Of a DNA stretch of 26,544 nt, positions 18,834 through 25,571 are shown in pieces (the stretch's first letter is position 1; the number at the start of each line of letters is the position of its first letter). The stretch is from positions 1-26,544 of the IMG/VR virus record IMGVR_UViG_3300021446_000228, one strand, 5' to 3'. Source of the stretch: a virus (Duplodnaviria > Caudoviricetes). The translations under genes and the position numbers were made by a program. The notes under the pieces are model-generated. The model had not been told where the DNA came from. It did not search any database and worked only from the letters and a program-made list of their open reading frames with translations.

Positions 18834-21287
18834 TTATACCATCGACCGATCATAGATTCCCTCGAGCATGAGAGCCAGTTGGTCGGGGGAGCGAGGTGGA
18901 TCAAGTTCCGTTCCATCTTTGAAGTTCCTGGCATAGACTGCTATATCAGCAGGGATTGAAAGCTCCTCGCCCCTGATTTCAATCGGCTCCTCCATTGCCT
19001 GTTTGATTCCCCAGAGGGCCTCGGCATGCCTTTCCCACGGAGCCTCATAGGGAATTTGGAGCCAGATTGAGTCATGGACCTGGCTTAGGAGATCGACGTG
19101 GGCGTAGGTTTCCTGGTCCTCATAAACCTCCCGAACGCCTTTTCGGTTAATCACGTCCGCAACCGTCGATTGGGGGATGTAGGAGTATGCTTGCTTAAAG
19201 AGTTGATTTCCCCATCGGTCGAGGAAGAAGTAGGTCCTCCCGAAGGGGTTGGTGAGCCTTCGATTGTCTTGGAGCTGGTCCTCAACCCAATCCCACATCC
19301 GTTCCACGCCGGGATAGGCTTCGAGGTATTTGTTTCTGATGCGCTTTCCGTCGTTAACGGGGATTTCGTACATCAGGGCAAACTTCCTCTGCCCCAGGGC
19401 ATAGTTGAAAGCGTGGTTTGCCCTTTTCCCATAGGCCCTTTGGGTTGTTTGGCCATCACCGATGTCGGCGTAGTGGGAGGTTTGGTATTCCTTATCAACA
19501 GGACCGCCGAAGATGAGGCTGGCCGTTTTAGAATGGATATCAACCCCAGTGGAAAAGGCCTCCATCATAGCTTCGTCCTTCCCAAGCCACGCAACCACCC
19601 TATTCTCTGCTTGGGACAGGTCAACCTCATAGCCGATGTAGCCCTTATCGGGAAGTACGTACTTCCTGAATTCATAGGGCAAATTCTGCACGTTCCCGCC
19701 CCGACCGAAGATGTCTTTGGACGATGAAAGGCGCCCCTGCTTGGTTCCCACAGGGTTAATCGAGGACCTCAACCTTCCGTCCTCGGACATCTTCATATTC
19801 CAATAGGTTCCCTTCATCTTGGAGATCCCCCTCGCTTCGAGGACCTTTCTGGCAACCCTTTTGGTCGGCTTATCCTGTTTGCGGGAAAGCCTCTTTAGGG
19901 CAGTTTCATTCGTTGTTGGTCGCCCGGTGGATCTGCTCTTGTAGGCATCGTGGCCGCGTTCCTCATAGAAGAACTCTTTGAGCTGTTTGGATGAGTTTGG
20001 GTTGAGTTCCCTTCCTGCGACCTCTGCGATCTCATCCTTCAACCGAAAGACGTCGGCTTCGGCCTCCATCGAACGTTGGGCCAAACCGTTGTTGTTGACT
20101 CGGAGGCCATGCTCCGTCATGAACAGAAGAGGCTCAATCAGTTTCCGCTGATTATCATAGACCTCCAAGTTATCCTGTTGGGCAAGTTCATCCAGTTGTT
20201 GGGGCAACGCTTCCATTAGAACAACACTGTCCTTAGCGTTGTACCTCCAGAAGTCCCGGTTGTTAACATATTGCTGCTTCTCAAAGAGGCTCTTCCCCGC
20301 ATCTTTGTAGTAGGGAATCCTGGTGTAGATGGAGGTAACAAAGTCAAGTCCCTTAGGAAAGTCAGGATAGTTAATCGCCTGGGCGATCATTGTATCCTGG
20401 AGGTTCCTCGCTTTGATTCCATACTTCCTAAGGAGGAAGGTGGCGTCGAAAGTGACGTTGTGGCCGATTGACCCAACCTGGGGATCCTCAAGGATCATTC
20501 CAATTCTTTTCCATATTTCCACCTCTTGCGGAAGTGTGAAATACTCGCGCCCCCGCTCGATGAAGGGAATGGACATCGCTTCCCCCTTTTGGGCGCTGAA
20601 ACTGATGCAACTAACCTCCGTGCCGCTGATTTCAATATCAAACGCGAAGCGAGGTTGATCATGGCAGCGATCCAAATACTCCATCGCTTCCTCGAAGGAA
20701 GGGGCGAGGAAGTATTCATTGTTGGGCAAATCGATCTCGGGCGTTTCAGCCTCCTTCTTAATCCGCCGGAGGTCGAAGCTGATATGGTGTTTCCACAAGT
20801 ATTGCCTCAAGGCAGCCGCTGGATGAAGGGTGGGAATAACTTTCTGTTCGGGCGGATCGATGCACTCCAGGATGGAGCCCCTCCAGTTGGTGATTTTCTT
20901 GTGGCCTGTCAAGGCCCAGAGAGCGGTTTTCCCCATTGGAACCACCACGTTAGGATCAACCTTCCTGATTTCCTCCTGGAGCAGTTCCAAATACTCCTTG
21001 AAGTCCTCCGTCATCTCGACGGAACTATCCTTGATCTTAACGAACTGGCTGATATTGTTCTTCTTAGGCCGTTCCTTGACAACGTTGGTGATCCAAAGGT
21101 TATCCCTCAACAGGCCCACCTTCCCTAAGAGTTCATTAAGGAGCATCCCCGCCCGACCGACGAAGGGTTCCCCTCGTTGGTCCTCCTTCCGACCGGGGGC
21201 CTCCCCCAGGATCATTATATCGGCGTCCTTGTTCCCCGAACCGGGGACAAAATTGTTACGTCGGGCGTTCTTGCTTATTTCTCTCAT
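18834..21287 (-). CDS. polA: Family A DNA polymerase with N-terminal uracil-DNA glycosylase-like domain and 3'-5' exonuclease
   Basis: 817 aa. UDG family-4-like motifs GEAPG, PFVGRAG, TNVVK and HPAAAL. Exonuclease motifs FDIE, HNVTFD and YNAKD. Polymerase motifs GRLSS, NVQN, DLSQAENR (A), RAYGKRANHAFNY (B) and QVHDS (C). Confidence 0.95.
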   Translation of the reverse strand: MREISKNARRNNFVPGSGNKDADIMILGEAPGRKEDQRGEPFVGRAGMLLNELLGKVGLLRDNLWITNVVKERPKKNNISQFVKIKDSSVEMTEDFKEYLELLQEEIRKVDPNVVVPMGKTALWALTGHKKITNWRGSILECIDPPEQKVIPTLHPAAALRQYLWKHHISFDLRRIKKEAETPEIDLPNNEYFLAPSFEEAMEYLDRCHDQPRFAFDIEISGTEVSCISFSAQKGEAMSIPFIERGREYFTLPQEVEIWKRIGMILEDPQVGSIGHNVTFDATFLLRKYGIKARNLQDTMIAQAINYPDFPKGLDFVTSIYTRIPYYKDAGKSLFEKQQYVNNRDFWRYNAKDSVVLMEALPQQLDELAQQDNLEVYDNQRKLIEPLLFMTEHGLRVNNNGLAQRSMEAEADVFRLKDEIAEVAGRELNPNSSKQLKEFFYEERGHDAYKSRSTGRPTTNETALKRLSRKQDKPTKRVARKVLEARGISKMKGTYWNMKMSEDGRLRSSINPVGTKQGRLSSSKDIFGRGGNVQNLPYEFRKYVLPDKGYIGYEVDLSQAENRVVAWLGKDEAMMEAFSTGVDIHSKTASLIFGGPVDKEYQTSHYADIGDGQTTQRAYGKRANHAFNYALGQRKFALMYEIPVNDGKRIRNKYLEAYPGVERMWDWVEDQLQDNRRLTNPFGRTYFFLDRWGNQLFKQAYSYIPQSTVADVINRKGVREVYEDQETYAHVDLLSQVHDSIWLQIPYEAPWERHAEALWGIKQAMEEPIEIRGEELSIPADIAVYARNFKDGTELDPPRSPDQLALMLEGIYDRSMV

Positions 21288-21300
21288 GGCTTAGCGGTAA

Positions 21301-21325
21301 GGAAAGGTGAAAAATTCACGCTTCA
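21301..21325. repeat. Palindromic repeat copy 5: GGAA ag GTGAA AAA TTCAC gc TTCA
   Basis: Read directly; core at 21307-21319, between the ParB-MTase stop and the polA start. The flank GGTAAGGAAAG is the exact reverse complement of the right flank of copy 1. Confidence 0.95.
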
Positions 21326-21337
21326 TCTGGGTTGCCC

Positions 21338-23161
21338 CTACTGCCCATAGGACTTATATTCTCTGGGATGTCCTTCCCAAACCTTTCGGTCGAAGGCATC
21401 CTTATACTTCTCCTCCGTATCGAAGCCTATTGCATCCATCTCCAAGTTATGAGCAGCAAGAATAGAACTGCCAGAACCAGCAAATGGAACCAGAACTGTG
21501 GATCCGGGGCGGGCGAAAGTCTCGAGGAGGTCCTCGTAAAACTCAACGGGCGCTGCATTAGGATGCCGGTGGCCCGTGTTTTGGGTGATGGGATACTCGA
21601 AAACATTTGAGCGGCCTTGTTTGATGATGGGAGGCTTCCCTTTCCGGACGTAGAAGAACGAATCCGTGTCAGTAGCAAGGTGATACTTAGGAACCCTCGT
21701 TCTTCCCTGGTCCTTATGCCAGTAAGCTGGAATCCTGCGGAGGGTGAACTCATCGTAGGATTCAATCAGCTTGGCCGTGTCGCAATACCATTCCTTCTCG
21801 GAGTACCAAACAATGAGCCAACTGTGGTCCCTCATTACTCTGGAACACTCGTTAAGGGCGCGCTCCATGAACTTTAGGTATGAGTCGGGATTTATATCCT
21901 CATAACGGTTGACACTCTCCCGGTCGAATGTTCCATCAATTATCTCATCGAAATCGATTCCGTAGGGAGGATCCATTTCAACGAGGTTCACGCTCTCGTC
22001 CTCGATCCGCTGGACCTCCTCGAAGAAGTCGCCAACCACGAAGCGCTCGCAGAGCATCTTCTTCTGCCGATCAACCTCGGAGGGGGTTTCTTTTTTCATC
22101 CGTTCCTCGTGCTTCCGACGGTACTCCCTGTTCTCCTTCTCCCGTTCCTTCTGCTTGATGACCTTCCTTGCCTTCTTATCGGTGTCCGCCTCCCTTGCCT
22201 CAGGATACTTCTCCATCCCTTCCGCCGTTTCCAATTTCTTGGTGACCGATGAACGGCTCATGTTAAGAAGTTCCGCTGTATCCTCCTGCCCCCAACCGCC
22301 CTTCACTCCCTGCATCGCTTCCCCGTGCTGGCTAATCATCATTTCATGAATATCCTGAACCAGCTTGTTGCTTTCGTAGGGCGTCAGGTCTTTCCGATGA
22401 ACGTTCTCCTGGAGTTCAACGATCCGCATTTCCCGGTCCGACATCTGGCTCTCAAACACATAGGCCGGGACCTCCTCGAGGCCCGCCTGTCTTGCGGCGT
22501 AGGTCCTCCGACCGCCCGCCAAAAGGAGATAGCGGCGGTCGAAATCAAGCTCCCCCTGGAGTTCGCTGATGTCATCAACTTTCTCCTTGTCCAAGAGGAG
22601 CAAAGGCTGGAGGATCCCTACGTTCTTGATTGACTCGGCCAAGCTATCGGTTTCCCCATACTCCTCCCGATAGCGGACGCCCAGATCGATTTGGTCCAGT
22701 TCCACCTCCTTCTGTTGACGTTCCTCCACCTTGATGGAGGCCATCTCCGTTCGGGTTTCCTCCATTTCCTTCCGCTTCTCATACCTCTGCCGCATTTCCT
22801 CCTTCTGCTCCTGGCGTTCCGCATAAGCCTCCTCCTGTTCCTTTTTCACTTCCATCAGCCTCTCTCTTTTCTGGATGAGCCTCGGTGGGAACTCCTTCCC
22901 TGCGTCCCCAAGCATCCAGCCGTGGGTCCATAACTTCCAGAGACGATTCTTAGCGCCCTCATAGCTATCGCGAGGAAGCCCTTCCTGTCCTGCCTCATAA
23001 CCAGACTGAAACCTCCTGATTTCCGAAAGGGATTTCGGTTCAGGCAGGTTCTTGGGTGACGATGAGTTCCCTGCTTCTTCGGGCGCTTGATCCTTCGACA
23101 GTTGGGATTGGTTTTGCATAGTGAACAGGGGTTTGGTTTTGTTGTGCGAAAGCGACCTCAT
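21338..23161 (-). CDS. Rmf-like + ParB/Spo0J (CTPase + HTH) + beta-class N6/N4 DNA methyltransferase fusion
   Basis: ParB: LAESIKNVGILQPL, LLAGGRR, ENVHRKDLTPYE. HTH: QEDTAELLNMSRSSVTKKL. MTase: DPPY (21962-21973) precedes PFAGSGS (beta order). Start uncertain (23161, 23119 or internal 22744). Confidence 0.9.
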   Translation of the reverse strand: MRSLSHNKTKPLFTMQNQSQLSKDQAPEEAGNSSSPKNLPEPKSLSEIRRFQSGYEAGQEGLPRDSYEGAKNRLWKLWTHGWMLGDAGKEFPPRLIQKRERLMEVKKEQEEAYAERQEQKEEMRQRYEKRKEMEETRTEMASIKVEERQQKEVELDQIDLGVRYREEYGETDSLAESIKNVGILQPLLLLDKEKVDDISELQGELDFDRRYLLLAGGRRTYAARQAGLEEVPAYVFESQMSDREMRIVELQENVHRKDLTPYESNKLVQDIHEMMISQHGEAMQGVKGGWGQEDTAELLNMSRSSVTKKLETAEGMEKYPEAREADTDKKARKVIKQKEREKENREYRRKHEERMKKETPSEVDRQKKMLCERFVVGDFFEEVQRIEDESVNLVEMDPPYGIDFDEIIDGTFDRESVNRYEDINPDSYLKFMERALNECSRVMRDHSWLIVWYSEKEWYCDTAKLIESYDEFTLRRIPAYWHKDQGRTRVPKYHLATDTDSFFYVRKGKPPIIKQGRSNVFEYPITQNTGHRHPNAAPVEFYEDLLETFARPGSTVLVPFAGSGSSILAAHNLEMDAIGFDTEEKYKDAFDRKVWEGHPREYKSYGQ

Positions 23162-23483
23162 GTTGAACGCCCTTGCTGGTTTGCCAACCTGGTAGGGTTA
23201 GGACCCATAGAACTTCGGACTTTTCGATCATCCGCTCATTGTAATCCTGCCAGAAGTCAAAGTTCCCGTCCAGGGAGCATAAAACAGCGGGCGGGTGGCA
23301 ATGGACGATTGGGCTGTATATGAACAGCCCTTTCTCGAAAGCAGTGCAGATGAAACGAGCAGCTTCCCGGAAGCGCTCCGCTTCAACTCCAACCTTAGCA
23401 TGACTATAAGGAGATGCCAAATAGATCAAAGTCCTGGCTTCCTCCTGGGTTTCGAGGTAGAAGTCGATGACGTTTTCAGCCAC
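23040..23483 (-). CDS. DUF1937 / nucleoside 2-deoxyribosyltransferase-like protein
   Basis: 147 aa, GTG start. LIYLASPYSH, YSPIVHCHP, FWQDY and LPGWQTSKGVQHEV match the DUF1937/NDT-fold signature. Confidence 0.8.
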   Translation of the reverse strand: MAENVIDFYLETQEEARTLIYLASPYSHAKVGVEAERFREAARFICTAFEKGLFIYSPIVHCHPPAVLCSLDGNFDFWQDYNERMIEKSEVLWVLTLPGWQTSKGVQHEVAFAQQNQTPVHYAKPIPTVEGSSARRSRELIVTQEPA

Positions 23484-23712
23484 GGTTCCGTTTCAGTTGC
23501 TCAAGGAGGCTCTTGGCTTCTTGGGGATCGGCCTTTTCTACTTTTTCCATGAGGTTTTCCTTAGCCTTTTTCCTTTTCTTTTGCTTTTTCTTCTCGGCCC
23601 TCCTTCCCGATCCCTTCGTCCGACGATTTTGTCGGGACTGCCTGATTAGGTTCTTGACCTCCCGTTCGGGAATCTCCGTTATGCTCGTCCTGATGTCGTC
23701 CAGATTGCTCAT
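23476..23712 (-). CDS. Small basic hypothetical protein
   Basis: 78 aa, Lys/Arg-rich helical sequence; 8-nt overlap with the DUF1937 gene start. Confidence 0.65.
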   Translation of the reverse strand: MSNLDDIRTSITEIPEREVKNLIRQSRQNRRTKGSGRRAEKKKQKKRKKAKENLMEKVEKADPQEAKSLLEQLKRNRG

Positions 23713-23941
23713 TTTCGGGATTGGGCTTGGGGGTTAGAACGATTTGCTCTTTGATAATGGCGCCCAGGATTTGGGTTCGGGATTCTTCATCCTCCCCCTC
23801 CAACATCTCTATCAGCTGGTCAATAATCCTGGAGAACACCCTTCTCCTCATCCCCCAAGGGACCAACCGTTGGAGTTTGAGGTTCTGTTTTTCTGTCAGA
23901 TCCTGACTCAATCTGGGAGGGCGTCCCTTTGCATCAGCCAT
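23561..23941 (-). CDS. Hypothetical protein, possibly DNA-binding (RHH-like N-terminus)
   Basis: Start reassigned to ATG 23941 (GAAAGGAAA-ATG; MADAKGRPPRLSQDLTEKQNLKLQRLVPWG). The last ~50 codons overlap the next gene. Confidence 0.6.
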   Translation of the reverse strand: MADAKGRPPRLSQDLTEKQNLKLQRLVPWGMRRRVFSRIIDQLIEMLEGEDEESRTQILGAIIKEQIVLTPKPNPENEQSGRHQDEHNGDSRTGGQEPNQAVPTKSSDEGIGKEGREEKAKEKEKG

Positions 23942-23979
23942 TTTCCTTTCTGTTTGTTTCCGATGGAAACAAAAATCAG

Positions 23980-24045
23980 CTTCCCTGGTGGGACTCGAAC
24001 CCACGTCCCTTGCGGCGAACGGCTCCATCTCCGTCGTACAGGGAA
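23980..24045 (-). ncRNA. 66-nt tRNA-like element lacking a canonical anticodon arm
   Basis: Minus strand: TTCCCTG TA CGACGGAGATGGAGCCGTTCG CCGCAAGG GAC GTGGG TTCGAGT CCCAC CAGGGAA G. Perfect 7-bp acceptor stem, U8-A9, perfect 5-bp T-stem with TTCGAGT loop, discriminator G, no encoded CCA. Confidence 0.7.
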
Positions 24046-24061
24046 ACCACCGCGTTGGAGC

Positions 24062-24454
24062 CTATTGCTCCGTCACGAAGCGGCGAACACGATTTTGCAT
24101 GCCGTATTCTTCATCCTCCTCTTCGGTCAGAATACACCAGGCAGACTCTCCGATGAAGTCCTCGGTTTCAACCCCGCCGGAGATGCCCACCCCGAAGGCT
24201 TGGGCAGCCCTCTTGATGGCGTTCTTCCGTCGGATCTGTTGCTTCTCACTATCGTTCTCCGTGGGAAGCATCAGGACTTCGGTGATCTGCTCGCTCTCGG
24301 GAATGGTTGGGATTTCCAACCGCAGGAGGAGATAGTCGCCTCCTGTTTTTTCCGAATGGCGCTTCTCAACGTCGGTGCATCGGACCTCATACTCCCCCTC
24401 TTCCACGGTGGAAAGTTCGGGGGTGTCTTCGAGGTTCATGTCCAGAAAACTCAT
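24062..24454 (-). CDS. Putative single-stranded DNA-binding protein (DUF669-like)
   Basis: 130 aa. VEEGEYEVRCTDVE...YLLLRLEI...DFIG...YGMQNRV pattern; follows the Sak4-like gene. Confidence 0.65.
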   Translation of the reverse strand: MSFLDMNLEDTPELSTVEEGEYEVRCTDVEKRHSEKTGGDYLLLRLEIPTIPESEQITEVLMLPTENDSEKQQIRRKNAIKRAAQAFGVGISGGVETEDFIGESAWCILTEEEDEEYGMQNRVRRFVTEQ

Positions 24455-24532
24455 TTGCTTATGGGGTGCTTTTTAGGGAGGTTGATGACGAGGCCGGAGC
24501 CTCGACCTGTTCGGGATGAGCAGGATTTGGTT

Positions 24533-25348
24533 CTACTCGCTTTCTTCTTCCTCCTCGGAGAGGTGAAGGTCCATCGGGGAAACATCCCGTCCGGACTTCT
24601 TGAGGATTTTCCTGATGTTTTGGTCCTCGTTCTTTTTGATGTCAGAGGTGGCAGCTATTCGGGAGCGGGCATGGTAGAGGCCATCGGCCTGCGTTAGATA
24701 GCTGTAATTGACGCCCTTCGATGTTTGATCGGCCTGGGATACCCACACCTCATTGAACAACAGGGGCAACTTGGTTTTCAGCTTCCCCGTTATCATTAGC
24801 GTCGAGCGGATGCGACCGGAGACCTCATCCTTGTCGGTATCGATATGCCCGGTCAGAACAAAGTCGCAGGGCAACCCCGTTGCATCAACCACCGCATCCT
24901 TCGCAGTTCCAATCTGGACCAGATAATCCTGGAGTTGGGGCTTCCCTCCCGTTCTGTTGTTACTCTTGAGGATCTGGTTCATCAACGCATCGGCCCACAT
25001 TGTTGCGCTGTCGATCACATAGGTTCCGATATGATCGAAGATGCCCTTCCGCTTGAGTTGCTTATACTCCCGCTCCCACTTCCTAAAGGCGGAGGGATTG
25101 TCAGCGTCCTCAACCTCGAAGGTGGTATCGGCAATCACCTCGCCGCTCTCGATGAGGTCCCGAAGGGACTCCGTCCCGCCGGGATCGAAGCTATGGATTA
25201 GAACGGGGAGCCTTGCGTTCCTAAGGCTATATGTTTTCCCCGTTCCATAGTCCCCGTAAAGGAGGAGGTTAAAGCTGTCGTTCCTGGTATCCTCCTGATA
25301 CCGTTGTCGGATCTCGTTGAACTCTTCTTGGATGTTAAGGTCGGCCAT
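24533..25348 (-). CDS. Sak4-like / AAA_24 P-loop ATPase (single-strand annealing)
   Basis: 271 aa. LLLYGDYGTGKT (Walker A), YVIDSAT (Walker B), VLTGH and LPLLFNEVW. Located between nuclease and SSB genes. Confidence 0.8.
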   Translation of the reverse strand: MADLNIQEEFNEIRQRYQEDTRNDSFNLLLYGDYGTGKTYSLRNARLPVLIHSFDPGGTESLRDLIESGEVIADTTFEVEDADNPSAFRKWEREYKQLKRKGIFDHIGTYVIDSATMWADALMNQILKSNNRTGGKPQLQDYLVQIGTAKDAVVDATGLPCDFVLTGHIDTDKDEVSGRIRSTLMITGKLKTKLPLLFNEVWVSQADQTSKGVNYSYLTQADGLYHARSRIAATSDIKKNEDQNIRKILKKSGRDVSPMDLHLSEEEEESE

Positions 25349-25411
25349 GATTTTTATCGGTGCTTATCGGGATGCTTATGAGAGTGAAAAAGCCCGCCCA
25401 AACGCGCGATC

Positions 25412-25440
25412 AATATAAGGAAGCGCCGGTAGAAAGTCAA
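25412..25440 (-). promoter_or_regulatory. Sigma70-type promoter upstream of the Sak4-like gene
   Basis: Minus strand TTGACT (25440-25435), 17-nt spacer, TATATT (25417-25412), about 60 nt upstream of the start at 25348. Confidence 0.7.
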
Positions 25441-25571
25441 GCGCTATTTTCTATCGTCCAGATTCCTATCGTCCGAAATGAGTGGAGGATCGGGACCAAA
25501 AAGGGCTTGTGCTGCGCCGCCAAGCATTGCGAAGAAAGTGATTAGTCCGGCTATGGTTTTGTATAGTTCTA

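Noticed and set aside
812-21325. Palindromic repeats as a CRISPR array or transposon ends
   Set aside because: Copies are kilobases apart and separated by core phage genes, with no spacers, transposase or target-site duplications.
23942-24028. N-terminal 29 codons of the listed 155-aa ORF
   Set aside because: They overlap the tRNA-like element and hairpin; ATG 23941 has a purine-rich leader and is the better start.
23980-24045. Canonical tRNA or tmRNA gene
   Set aside because: No anticodon stem-loop or standard D-arm, far too short for tmRNA and no G3-U70 pair; kept only as tRNA-like.
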